DNA of 64,000 bases from a virus: the IMG/VR virus record IMGVR_UViG_3300031721_000685, positions 11,792 to 75,791 of that record. One strand, written 5' to 3'. Below the pieces are notes generated by a model. It was given only the letters and a program-made list of their open reading frames with translations. It was not told where the DNA came from and did no database searches. The first letter of the stretch is position 1. Each line of letters opens with the position of its first letter. This document shows positions 1-8,809 of the stretch, in pieces. A program made the position numbers and the translations under genes.

Positions 1-251
1 TACAACGCAGCAGCATATGACCCCAATCTTGTTTTACCACCTGGAATCTTCTCAATCAATCGTTTTAGTTTGAGAATCATTAGATCGTATAAACCAAAGG
101 CATCTCGTTCTTTGATTGTGCGTAAATTCTTTCTACTCTTGAGTAGTTTACCACGCTCATCGATTATCCCAAGTTTATACGCTTGCCATTCGCTGAAAGG
201 AGTGGCAAGTCTTTTAATCATGTTGTATACTAGAAATAAATCGACTATCAT
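1..251 (-). CDS. Conserved T4-like phage hypothetical protein, partial (runs off window start)
   Basis: Not in the ORF track. ATG at 249-251 overlaps the upstream TAA (TAATG coupling). Reads MIVDLFLVYNMIKRLATPFSEWQAYKLGIIDERG... with no stop before base 1. Confidence 0.75.
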   Translation of the reverse strand, partial: MIVDLFLVYNMIKRLATPFSEWQAYKLGIIDERGKLLKSRKNLRTIKERDAFGLYDLMILKLKRLIEKIPGGKTRLGSYAAAL

Positions 252-625
252 TAGATGTTCCTAATTTTCTCTATTACATGCTGATCCATACCAATGTCCG
301 TATTTCGTTTTCGTTGTTTGTTATATACTACAAAATCTGGCATAAAGTTGAGTTTAAGAAGAAACGGCTTTAGAACTTTAGAGTGTTCTTCTAGTTTTAA
401 AAATAATATATTAGTTGCTGCTAAACCAAAACAGTTATAGAGTACAATAATATGATTGAGTATTAGCCGTTCTTTTAACTCACCTGAATTATCATAACGA
501 TTGAAGAGTCGCTTGAGATATTGTATACGTTTCAAATCCTCCTCGAACTCTTCTTGACTAGTACACTGTGGATTATCATAGTACTTTGCTGCATATAGTA
601 AAAATGTTTCGTCAGTTAGTTCCAT
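251..625 (-). CDS. Conserved T4-like phage hypothetical protein
   Basis: YDNPQC..EEFEEDLKRI.YLKRL..LKERLILNHII pattern is typical of a protein conserved in marine T4-like phages. Confidence 0.75.
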   Translation of the reverse strand: MELTDETFLLYAAKYYDNPQCTSQEEFEEDLKRIQYLKRLFNRYDNSGELKERLILNHIIVLYNCFGLAATNILFLKLEEHSKVLKPFLLKLNFMPDFVVYNKQRKRNTDIGMDQHVIEKIRNI

Positions 626-658
626 AATAAATCCACAGTGTTACAATGTTACAAAAAA

Positions 659-1231
659 TTAAGATACTGTAATTGTACCGGCTGCTGTTCCGATTGCTAC
701 TAGACTAGTAATAGTAGAGTTGGTAGCAGTGCCCTTGTCTTTAATAGTACCACTGTTTAGAGCAAGAGGATTGGCTACAACAGATACAACATCTGTTGCA
801 AGTAGTTCACCCGATGACCATATATGAGTAAACACAAGTTCGTTTGTACCCGTGCCAGAAGCATATGGTAGAACGATGTTGACACTAGTACTTGTACCAG
901 CGCTATCGTTTGTTACAGTTAGCTGTGGCGTACCGCCAGTAGTAACAACATCAACTTCTTCATTGAACCGAACACGAACTGATAGAGCAGCGGCTGTTGC
1001 AGCAGCAATGGCAGTTGTAATGAATTCGATTTCTGTAATGTCAGCGGCAGCAAGACTAACGTTCAACCCGCCAACACAGGCAAGAACTTCTGGTGCTGCG
1101 TCTGGATTACCTGTTGATAGACCAGGCTCTGCTAGCCAACCTGCGGCTGTAGCATATACCTGCTTCTTTTCTGCGACTGTTAAATATTTTGGTTTTGCTT
1201 CGTCAGCGTCTGATGTACCCCAGAGTGCCAT
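659..1231 (-). CDS. Probable virion structural/decoration protein
   Basis: MALWG N-terminus and a Thr/Ala/Gly-rich beta-sandwich-like body (V.FNE.V.V, Y.SGTGTNEL.F), as in T4-like structural proteins. Confidence 0.55.
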   Translation of the reverse strand: MALWGTSDADEAKPKYLTVAEKKQVYATAAGWLAEPGLSTGNPDAAPEVLACVGGLNVSLAAADITEIEFITTAIAAATAAALSVRVRFNEEVDVVTTGGTPQLTVTNDSAGTSTSVNIVLPYASGTGTNELVFTHIWSSGELLATDVVSVVANPLALNSGTIKDKGTATNSTITSLVAIGTAAGTITVS

Positions 1232-1260
1232 GGCGTGTTTCCTTTTTTGATTTTAATTAG

Positions 1261-1458
1261 TTACTTTTTGGCTTCTTGTTTAGCAATAGCCTTTGAGATT
1301 GCTCCCCGGCGCTTTTTAAGATATTTATCAGAAGAATCTACATCGCCATCGTTGTCGATATCAGCATCGTCTTGTCCAACAGGATCCATGCCATCGCCAT
1401 CATCAGTCTTCTTACTGACCTTTGCAAATTTTTCATTCATATCTTTAGCCATCAGCAT
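1261..1458 (-). CDS. Small hypothetical protein with DxDxDGD (EF-hand-like) motif
   Basis: DIDNDGDVDSSDKYLKKRR; coupled to neighbouring genes. Confidence 0.6.
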   Translation of the reverse strand: MLMAKDMNEKFAKVSKKTDDGDGMDPVGQDDADIDNDGDVDSSDKYLKKRRGAISKAIAKQEAKK

Positions 1459-1720
1459 ATTCCTCTATTTTAATTTTTAACCTATTCTTACCTTTATGAA
1501 GACGATGAAACGTTTCTTTTGGTATATATAATGTATTTGTGCTATTTATAAGAAATGGTAAGTCATTATCATACTGAAACATCCAACCATCGCCTTCGAC
1601 GACTTCTATGAGCCTGTCTTTCTTGTCACGATGCCATTCAAGCTCATGCTCATTAGCACTATCATCAAACTCACGAAACCAAATATCACCGACTCTCTCA
1701 CAATCTATATATGGCTTCAT
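1445..1720 (-). CDS. Small cupin-like hypothetical protein
   Basis: WHRD...E and IPKETFHRLHKG resemble the two cupin motifs. Confidence 0.55.
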   Translation of the reverse strand: MKPYIDCERVGDIWFREFDDSANEHELEWHRDKKDRLIEVVEGDGWMFQYDNDLPFLINSTNTLYIPKETFHRLHKGKNRLKIKIEEYADG

Positions 1721-2151
1721 AATATTATGCCCTTCTCAATCAACAGTTCTCTATTTTTCAAATGCCGATTTTCGATGTCATCTTTTGACTGGCCAAAATA
1801 CGCAACGCCTATGTGATCACGAATCATTACTTTATGAAGAAACACCTCGCTATCTGTAAGACCGTCGTAAATTTTAAATTTTCCGAGTATCCTTCCAAAC
1901 TTTCCTCTCGCATCATCCTTTTCTGTGACGAGCGTTTGGTAGGATTTGAGTGGTAAAAATTTCTTAACATAATCTTTAGCCAATAATCCATATTTTTTCT
2001 CAATCTTATCACGAGTTCTAGATTCTGGTGTGTCAATACCAAACAGTCTAACTCTTTGATTTGCTAAAACGATATCAAAGCCAAGGTCGATATCAACGTC
2101 AACAGTATCGCCATCAATAATCTTGACCATCTTACATTTATATTCGTACAT
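1717..2151 (-). CDS. Thermonuclease (staphylococcal nuclease-like) family protein
   Basis: IIDGDT, RVRLFGIDTPE and GKFGRILG SNase motifs. Confidence 0.85.
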   Translation of the reverse strand: MYEYKCKMVKIIDGDTVDVDIDLGFDIVLANQRVRLFGIDTPESRTRDKIEKKYGLLAKDYVKKFLPLKSYQTLVTEKDDARGKFGRILGKFKIYDGLTDSEVFLHKVMIRDHIGVAYFGQSKDDIENRHLKNRELLIEKGIIL

Positions 2152-2154
2152 TTT

Positions 2155-2691
2155 TTACCACCATGAACTAGGATTGTCAACTTGCATACCAAGCATCTTA
2201 GCATATCGTGGTAGGCGACATGCCCAATACAATGCCTTTGTTTTATCGTTTCTCGTATCACATTTAAATCTAGCTGCAAATGACTTTCTAGCAGCAACGT
2301 TGTTAATTTTAACGTTAAGTCCTGTTGTGTCACCCCAAGTAACTTTCTTTATATTACCTGTAGATGGGTCTTTCACATACACATAGAACTTCTTTGGACC
2401 ACCACGCTTTGGCTTATTCAGTTCTGGCTCAGCTTCTTCGACAAGAGGACAGTCAAGAGGAATTTCTTCCCCTTGATAATCTGCCATCTCGCCGAGATTA
2501 GTATCTAGAATTTGAGCATCAAGCGGAGATACTTTCAGCGTACCGTCTTTATAGTAACGTCTTGCTTCACGAAAGAATTGAAAGTAACTTTCTGAAAGTG
2601 GACGATACACATTATCTACGAATGAAACGTTATTCGCTTCCATAAACCACATAGCTTTCTCTACATCCACATATTGCTCAAATTTCATCAT
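2155..2691 (-). CDS. Conserved phage hypothetical protein, possible internal head protein
   Basis: MKFEQY N-terminus, a VEE site, then the conserved KKFYVYVK..GNIKKVTWGD..ARKSFAAR..CD..YWAC domain. Confidence 0.65.
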   Translation of the reverse strand: MMKFEQYVDVEKAMWFMEANNVSFVDNVYRPLSESYFQFFREARRYYKDGTLKVSPLDAQILDTNLGEMADYQGEEIPLDCPLVEEAEPELNKPKRGGPKKFYVYVKDPSTGNIKKVTWGDTTGLNVKINNVAARKSFAARFKCDTRNDKTKALYWACRLPRYAKMLGMQVDNPSSWW

Positions 2692-5210
2692 TGTCCTGGA
2701 GTATCCTTTTTATACTTTGCGTTCAACTCATCTGTGCCTTGCTCGCCTGCACCATACTCTTCTTCTACCATTTTAGCAAGCGCTCTGGGGTTTAGGTTAA
2801 GACTATATTTACGGATAACTTCTGCTGCCCAATAACCAACACTACGAGACCTGTCTTTGTCTCTTTCTTTTTTCACTAATTCAACAGCTTTTTTGTATTT
2901 GCCTTTGTTTAGCATAATGCCTAATTTGGATTCATCTACATCTAAAGATTCTACAACAGACGGCACAAATCCATCCTCTGCTTGTTGTTCCGAAAATTCA
3001 ATAGTAAACATTGTATCGTTAATCATAGCATTAAACGATTCAATCACGCCCTCATGCTCAACTTCTTCATTACGAACTTTAGCTGCTTTTGCATCACGAA
3101 TCCATTTTTTAGCTGCTGGCCTTTTGGGTTCTTTCTTGACCCATACTGCCATTCTTTTATATATAGCCATTGCAGCAGCATCAAAACGAACTTTAGCTGC
3201 TTTTGCATTCACCTCTTCTGAAGTGTCAATTACGATGAAGTTTCTCCCGAATTGGGTTTGGAAGCTTCCAATGTTGCGCTGTACAGCATTCCACATCTTC
3301 TCAACTTCATCTTCTGGTAATGTGCGCTCACGGGCTTTGTTGCGAGCCTGTGCAGTTTTAAGGTCTGAGTTGACGAAAATCATTGCAGTATCATAACCGA
3401 GCAATTCTAATTCGTCAGCTTGTTGTTTAATCTTACTGTAATTTTTACCAGTGCCATCAATGATAAGTCCTAAACGACCATTCAATGCGAGTTTTTGTTT
3501 TAGCCCTGTAAGTGCTACCGCACGACTACGAACTTTTTGACCTTTAGGTGAGAAAATATCTTCAGGCGTTGCTTTCAACCCAACCTTCTTCAGTAGTGCT
3601 TCGAACGCATCATCAGAATTGACTAGCTTCAGCCCCAAAGCAGTCAATGCTGTTTTACCAACAACAAATGATTTACCTGATCCTGGACCACCTGCAAGAA
3701 ATACAGCTTTGAAGATGGCTGGATCATATACGCCTTCATCAAGATCAAATTCTTCATTACGAACTTTAGCGGCTAAGTCAGCATCAGCTTTACCCCATGT
3801 ACCCTTTCCTTTTGTAATGAAAGAGTTTACACGAGCATATGCCCACTGTTCTTGAAGAGCGCCTGGGCGATGACCAGTTCTCCAAGCAGCCATACCTCTA
3901 TCATAGACCTTCTTGAGAATGCCATAAGAAATGCCAGACTTCTCTGCTTTCTTCTCTAATCCTGCAAGAGATTTTTCTACAATCACTTCTTCAAACATCT
4001 CGTTCAAAACGTCATCGAGCATATAGTCCACTTCTTCGATGAGGCCCTTTTCATCAAGTTCGACTGGTGCTGCTCTGTTGACTCTATAGCGCTTAAATCT
4101 CTGGTCGTGCTTGACTACACCTTCTTTACCAAACATTTTATGATAGCGCTTTGTGTGCTTTGAAGTCTTTGTAACAGCATCTACACTCTCTTCTGCTGGT
4201 CCTTCTCTAACCTTTGCGAGTCTTTCTTTCTCAGCTTTCTTTACAAGAGGTAGCAGTTTCTTAGCAATTTTACCAATCGCTGCCTTTTTCTTTTCAACTT
4301 GTTTATCAACTGACATTCTCTCTGACGGAGACAGTTGATCGTAATTGACGCCCTTTTTACCAGCAACTTTCTTTCTAATGATTTGAATTGCTTTTTTACG
4401 AGCACGAATTTTTAACTTCTCAGGTGATGCCATCTTCTTTGCAGCAATCCTGCGACCACGCATAATCTTAGATTTTGCTTTCTTAAAAGCCATCGCTCTC
4501 TTCTTACGAGCAGCAACACTGAGAACAGCTTCGAACATCAAGTCTTCGCCGAGTTCTAGTTCCATCTCTTCAGCAATCTTCATACCATCTCTGATTGCTT
4601 GAAATATCTTACTTGAAGAACTCTGTAGCTTCTTAGGAAGACCCGTTTTAAAGGCTCTCTCATCGCCGTCAGCAGCCGCAGCTCGCATCTTTGATGCTGA
4701 CATACCTTCTGCGCCTTCAGCATCAGGGTCACGCTCACCAGCAGAGACGACTTCAATAGAGTCGAATGTGTATTCTTTACCGTTGTATTTGTTGAGTAGA
4801 GTTTCAAACTCTGCAACTCTATCAGAGCCAGCAACCATAATGAGTTTTGTATGACCCATGTCTTCAAGCTCTTTAGCAACTTGCATAATTGTCTTTGAGC
4901 GAGACTTTGTGACCATACTACCAAAGGCTTTCTTTGCGATCGCAATCTTAGTAACATATGGCAATGGATTCTTCTTCGAATCATATGTTTGCGAAAGATA
5001 GAGATGTGGCATCGCATCATTTTGTGCTGCGATTGCGTTGATCTTAGCAACGACTTTTTCGTGCCCAATCGTAGGAGGGTTCATTCTTCCAAAAGAGAAT
5101 ACTGCTGTTGATGATACAGCTTCTTCTAACTTAGGATTAAGTTCAATCGTATTTTTTACGACAGCATCATTCTTCTTCTTGTCCTTTTTGGACTTCGTGT
5201 CGTCTTTCAT
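2688..5210 (-). CDS. Polyprotein: HIGH-family nucleotidyl(cytidylyl)transferase, basic domain, DUF5824-like domain and zeta-toxin-like P-loop kinase
   Basis: FGRMNPPTIGH and SASKMR (HIGH/KMSKS); VYDRGMAAWRTGHRPG..QWAYARVNSF; FLAGGPGSGKS, LIIDGT and ARNKARER kinase motifs; acidic LEE/LDE linkers between domains. Confidence 0.75.
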   Translation of the reverse strand: MKDDTKSKKDKKKNDAVVKNTIELNPKLEEAVSSTAVFSFGRMNPPTIGHEKVVAKINAIAAQNDAMPHLYLSQTYDSKKNPLPYVTKIAIAKKAFGSMVTKSRSKTIMQVAKELEDMGHTKLIMVAGSDRVAEFETLLNKYNGKEYTFDSIEVVSAGERDPDAEGAEGMSASKMRAAAADGDERAFKTGLPKKLQSSSSKIFQAIRDGMKIAEEMELELGEDLMFEAVLSVAARKKRAMAFKKAKSKIMRGRRIAAKKMASPEKLKIRARKKAIQIIRKKVAGKKGVNYDQLSPSERMSVDKQVEKKKAAIGKIAKKLLPLVKKAEKERLAKVREGPAEESVDAVTKTSKHTKRYHKMFGKEGVVKHDQRFKRYRVNRAAPVELDEKGLIEEVDYMLDDVLNEMFEEVIVEKSLAGLEKKAEKSGISYGILKKVYDRGMAAWRTGHRPGALQEQWAYARVNSFITKGKGTWGKADADLAAKVRNEEFDLDEGVYDPAIFKAVFLAGGPGSGKSFVVGKTALTALGLKLVNSDDAFEALLKKVGLKATPEDIFSPKGQKVRSRAVALTGLKQKLALNGRLGLIIDGTGKNYSKIKQQADELELLGYDTAMIFVNSDLKTAQARNKARERTLPEDEVEKMWNAVQRNIGSFQTQFGRNFIVIDTSEEVNAKAAKVRFDAAAMAIYKRMAVWVKKEPKRPAAKKWIRDAKAAKVRNEEVEHEGVIESFNAMINDTMFTIEFSEQQAEDGFVPSVVESLDVDESKLGIMLNKGKYKKAVELVKKERDKDRSRSVGYWAAEVIRKYSLNLNPRALAKMVEEEYGAGEQGTDELNAKYKKDTPGQ

Positions 5211-5286
5211 TTTTCTCTCCAGGTTTTCCGTAGACTTGACTGGTCTATGATATATTGATTATTTAGTAGAATACTACGTTTATTTA

Positions 5287-5745
5287 TTATAATTTTTTTC
5301 TCAAAATTCCAAGAGTTTTAAATCCATCCTCTTTAGCTAAAATTGAATCATATCCACACAACTCTAAGAATGTGGCAAAGTCTTTGCTGTCATACCAAAA
5401 CTTATCAACTGATTGAACTTTATCTCCAAAGGCTTTTTTTAATTTGATATAAATTGGTTTCAATTTAGCTAAATCTGTATTTTTAGATTTTTCTTTCATA
5501 ATCAAATTTAACAATTCTGTTATTTTCATTCTTTTTTCAGAATTTCCCACATCAAAAGTATTAGTAGGATTATAATCAATTGAATCTACTTCTGCATTTT
5601 TGCGATAATAGGCATACCCATCAGCAACCTTTTTATCGTATGAGAACCAAACTATTGGCTTCTTACCGTAAAGAGTATCACCTTTATCAAATCCTCTATA
5701 TAATTTTTTTTCATAAAATTGTTTGAAGCTTTTCATTTTTGCCAA
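5287..5745 (-). CDS. Putative ADP-ribosyltransferase-fold protein (ART-PolyVal-like) with capsid-targeting-like N-terminus
   Basis: LYRG...VWFSYDKKVA..YA...GYDSI matches the (H/R)G, F-S/T, A..Y and GYDG pattern of ART folds; N-terminal MKSFKQFYE. Confidence 0.45.
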   Translation of the reverse strand: MAKMKSFKQFYEKKLYRGFDKGDTLYGKKPIVWFSYDKKVADGYAYYRKNAEVDSIDYNPTNTFDVGNSEKRMKITELLNLIMKEKSKNTDLAKLKPIYIKLKKAFGDKVQSVDKFWYDSKDFATFLELCGYDSILAKEDGFKTLGILRKKL

Positions 5746-6962
5746 CCCTTTTGTACATCAGCAGAAAAGTTAGCATGGCTAAACTGAAGTCTATCAACTA
5801 GTTTTACAGCAGTGCCTTTCAACTTATCTACAGCAACGAAGCCTTCTTGACCTGTGACTTTGTATCCATCTTTCGTAGAGAGTAGTGTGTTGATTGTAGC
5901 TGCTTGGTCCATCTTCTTGATGATGATATCTTTGGCTTGAACAATCTTGTCCATTAGGTCGAAGATGAGTTTAATTTTTCTTTTATCAGTCTTTGTAAAG
6001 TATTCCATTACAGATGTTTGACGACCACGAACCCCAGACTTGCCCTTTTCTGTCTTACGCTTACCTTCTTCTTTTCCAAAGTAATCCATAAGATACTGCA
6101 TGAGGTCTTTCGTCAACTTCGTTGTATTACCCATTCTCTCACCGACACGAACTTTTGTGTTTAAGAATGTTTTTGTTCTCATAAGAAGTTCATCATTATC
6201 TGAGATGCCGTTGAGTGTAGCACGGTCAATCTTATTGAAAATCTTACCAGCGTCTGCTAGGATTGTTGTAATCGTAGCAGTCTCTTTTTCAGTCATCATT
6301 GCTTTGCCAGAAACGTCACGATATGCAGCATCAGTAGAGAATATACTAGATGTGTCTTTTAGATTTGATGCAATCTGCTTCGCAAAGCTAGCTTGCATTG
6401 TTTCAAATGAGTCACCCGTGTAAGTAGTATGCCATACGACGCCGATGCTGGCTCGTGCGATTTGGCGACCCAATGGAGTGTCTTTTGGTACAGCGTAAAC
6501 AATGGTATTAGGATGAAAAGTAATATGCTTGACACCATTATAGGTAATGTCTTTCGTGTCACCTTTAGTAAAGAGCAGGTCGCCTTGAATGACGCCTGTG
6601 ATACCAAGTTTCGGAAACTCTTGTAACGCAGTCTTGAGTTTATCTGCCAAATCCCCAGATGTATCGGCATCAACATCAGCTTCTGTTTTATATACCTTTG
6701 GGTTCTTGTTAAAGATACCCTTCTTGGCAACGAAAAATTTGTCATCATTTGGATCAATCCCTGCAAAAATGGCGGGCGAACCGTCCCATTTAACTGTAGC
6801 ATCAACTGTAGTCTTCGCATCGCCTGAGAGCATATCACGAAGTGAGCGTAAAAAATTAATCGCTTCACGAGCGCCATCCACACCGCCATTGAGAACGTTG
6901 TCCTCAATATGCTCCATGTGTGTATTCTTTTGTTCTATGAGGTAGGAGTTAAAGTTTTTCAT
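5733..6962 (-). CDS. RNA-ligase-like covalent nucleotidyltransferase (DUF6267-like)
   Basis: TVKWDG (motif I KxDG), IQGDL (III), QEGFV (IV), VKLVDR (V). Start moved from 7070 to MKNFNSYLIE at 6962, which avoids a long overlap with the upstream gene. Confidence 0.65.
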   Translation of the reverse strand: MKNFNSYLIEQKNTHMEHIEDNVLNGGVDGAREAINFLRSLRDMLSGDAKTTVDATVKWDGSPAIFAGIDPNDDKFFVAKKGIFNKNPKVYKTEADVDADTSGDLADKLKTALQEFPKLGITGVIQGDLLFTKGDTKDITYNGVKHITFHPNTIVYAVPKDTPLGRQIARASIGVVWHTTYTGDSFETMQASFAKQIASNLKDTSSIFSTDAAYRDVSGKAMMTEKETATITTILADAGKIFNKIDRATLNGISDNDELLMRTKTFLNTKVRVGERMGNTTKLTKDLMQYLMDYFGKEEGKRKTEKGKSGVRGRQTSVMEYFTKTDKRKIKLIFDLMDKIVQAKDIIIKKMDQAATINTLLSTKDGYKVTGQEGFVAVDKLKGTAVKLVDRLQFSHANFSADVQKGWQK

Positions 6963-6972
6963 ATTACGTTCC

Positions 6973-8088
6973 CTACAACTTAATCTTAAATCCAACACGG
7001 GTTCCAGCAGCAGATGGACCACCATATGTTGATAATCTAAATTCTTTAAATAGAGGTAATTCGTCAACAATTTTTTTATTGATTTTTAATATATTATTTT
7101 TCGAATTTACATTATATAATTCAAAAGTATCATTTGACCTATTGTGAATTACAAAATAGTCATCACCACCTTTTATAAAATGTGATAATATCATTTTATG
7201 AATTTTTATCATTAATCCACTACTTGTAGTTTTAAGTGCAGATGGTAGTTTGCCAGATTTACCCACCCCCTTATCTCCAGCATATCCAATAGTAGGGTCA
7301 AGACTTTTATAATATTCCATTATAGCATGAAATGCACCACCTTCATTACCACGTTTTTTACGAATTTTATTCCACTCATTACCTCCTTTTTTAAACACAT
7401 TTGTAAGTTCTGAAACACTCTTAATATATAACTCAGATGTACTATCCAATTCTACCTTACCCGCTTCCGACTTTTTGTTTTGTTTTCTTCTTGCAGTAAT
7501 ATCAAAAAAAGTGATTTCATTTTTTCTAGCATTAGTTCCCTTAATCTCAAATTGAATTCTTTTTCCACCAATAGTCATAACCAAATCTGGTTTTGTTGAA
7601 CCACTAGGTGCAACAGAGAATTCTGATTTAAATTCTATCCCTTCCTTCAAACACAGTTCTTTTATGTATGCAGCGCATTCTTCTTGAGTTTTTGTTCCAG
7701 CGGCAACTCTTTTTTGCCTCTTACCGCCCGGTTTTTCAACATGAGCTATCATGATATACCCATCAAAAGGTTTATCATAAGATTTTAATGATACCTTTGC
7801 AAACCATGATCTTCCTATAAGTTTATGAAGAGTTGCTGGAGCAACAAACCAAACAGTAGTGTTTGCAGAAATTGTTTTAATTACTTCCCCATTTTTGTCA
7901 ACTAAATCTGTTTGTTTTAATGTTGGAAACCCTTCTGGATATGCATAATCCTCACCAGCTACTGGTGGATAAATAGTTCTTTCTCCTGATTGGGGTTTAT
8001 CACCTCCCACTCCGTTAGGAAAATTAGCCGGCCCAAATGATGCTTCAGAGAGCGTGTTCTTATTAATAAACTGTTTTAATCCAAGCAT
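6973..8088 (-). CDS. PD-(D/E)xK restriction-endonuclease-like protein
   Basis: Upstream helix with TQEE, then KPDLVM...QFEIKG catalytic motif; visibly AT-rich. Confidence 0.6.
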   Translation of the reverse strand: MLGLKQFINKNTLSEASFGPANFPNGVGGDKPQSGERTIYPPVAGEDYAYPEGFPTLKQTDLVDKNGEVIKTISANTTVWFVAPATLHKLIGRSWFAKVSLKSYDKPFDGYIMIAHVEKPGGKRQKRVAAGTKTQEECAAYIKELCLKEGIEFKSEFSVAPSGSTKPDLVMTIGGKRIQFEIKGTNARKNEITFFDITARRKQNKKSEAGKVELDSTSELYIKSVSELTNVFKKGGNEWNKIRKKRGNEGGAFHAIMEYYKSLDPTIGYAGDKGVGKSGKLPSALKTTSSGLMIKIHKMILSHFIKGGDDYFVIHNRSNDTFELYNVNSKNNILKINKKIVDELPLFKEFRLSTYGGPSAAGTRVGFKIKL

Positions 8089-8125
8089 GGCATGTCCTTA
8101 CAATTCTCATTTCGCTCTGTTTCGT

Positions 8126-8359
8126 TTATTTATAAGAACATATCTCTTTGCCCACGGACTCTGCTTCTCGAAAAGTCTTACGAGAGAACAATGCGACCAG
8201 CTTATCATTCTTATAGACGAACGTATGAAAGACTTTTGGTTTAGACCATATCATCGTTTTGAAAGTTTGTACCCAATTTAGATCATATTTCTTCATCATC
8301 TCAGCATCTTTATACCATTTGAGATTGTATTTCGCTTGTTCGATTCTATATGTTTTCAT
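8126..8359 (-). CDS. Hypothetical protein
   Basis: ORF in the minus-strand operon; ATGA coupling to the upstream ORF. Confidence 0.5.
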   Translation of the reverse strand: MKTYRIEQAKYNLKWYKDAEMMKKYDLNWVQTFKTMIWSKPKVFHTFVYKNDKLVALFSRKTFREAESVGKEICSYK

Positions 8360-8523
8360 TGATTAATCCTTTCATATACTTCCTTGACCATGAAGTATGG
8401 CAAACCAGAGAGCCGTTCAGCAGTCTCTAACATATGCGATTCGTTGTATTCTTCACAACCAAATTCGAGGACTTTTGCCTCATCAATCGCTTCGACAGCA
8501 ATTTCTTTTACTGTTTTATTCAT
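8356..8523 (-). CDS. Small hypothetical protein (55 aa, below ORF-track cutoff)
   Basis: MNKTVKEIAVEAIDEAKVLEFGCEEYNESHMLETAERLSGLPYFMVKEVYERINQ; fills the gap exactly, with its stop overlapping the next ATG. Confidence 0.55.
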   Translation of the reverse strand: MNKTVKEIAVEAIDEAKVLEFGCEEYNESHMLETAERLSGLPYFMVKEVYERINQ

Positions 8524-8525
8524 CT

Positions 8526-8792
8526 CTAAGATTCCTTATCTTCGCCTAACAAAATATTATTTTCGTTAGCAATCAGTTCTTCTTTAATATCATATATCGT
8601 TTCGTGTTTTATCATATTAATGATAGTATTGGTCAACGATACTTCCCGTTTAAGGTATCCAATTTTACGCTCTAACTCTGAAAGTTCTTTAAGGTAGTAA
8701 TCGAGTTCTTGTTCTTTACGCAACTTTTGTTCGATGAAATCGCTCATTAGTATAATGCGTTGTTCTTCGCTCACCATATTAATCCTTTTCAT
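8526..8792 (-). CDS. Coiled-coil hypothetical protein
   Basis: EQKLRKEQELDYY..ELSELERKI heptads; lies directly after a sigma70-type promoter. Confidence 0.6.
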   Translation of the reverse strand: MKRINMVSEEQRIILMSDFIEQKLRKEQELDYYLKELSELERKIGYLKREVSLTNTIINMIKHETIYDIKEELIANENNILLGEDKES

Positions 8793-8809
8793 TTCACTCT
8801 TATGAGTAT

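Noticed and set aside
2857-3770. Zeta-like kinase as a toxin-antitoxin toxin
   Set aside because: It is a domain of a polyprotein with no epsilon-type partner; only generic P-loop kinase motifs are supportable.
6963-7070. ORF-track N-terminal extensions (7070, also 17610, 20619, 36620, 42841)
   Set aside because: They overlap upstream genes or regulatory elements; downstream ATGs have better RBS context and family-like N-termini.
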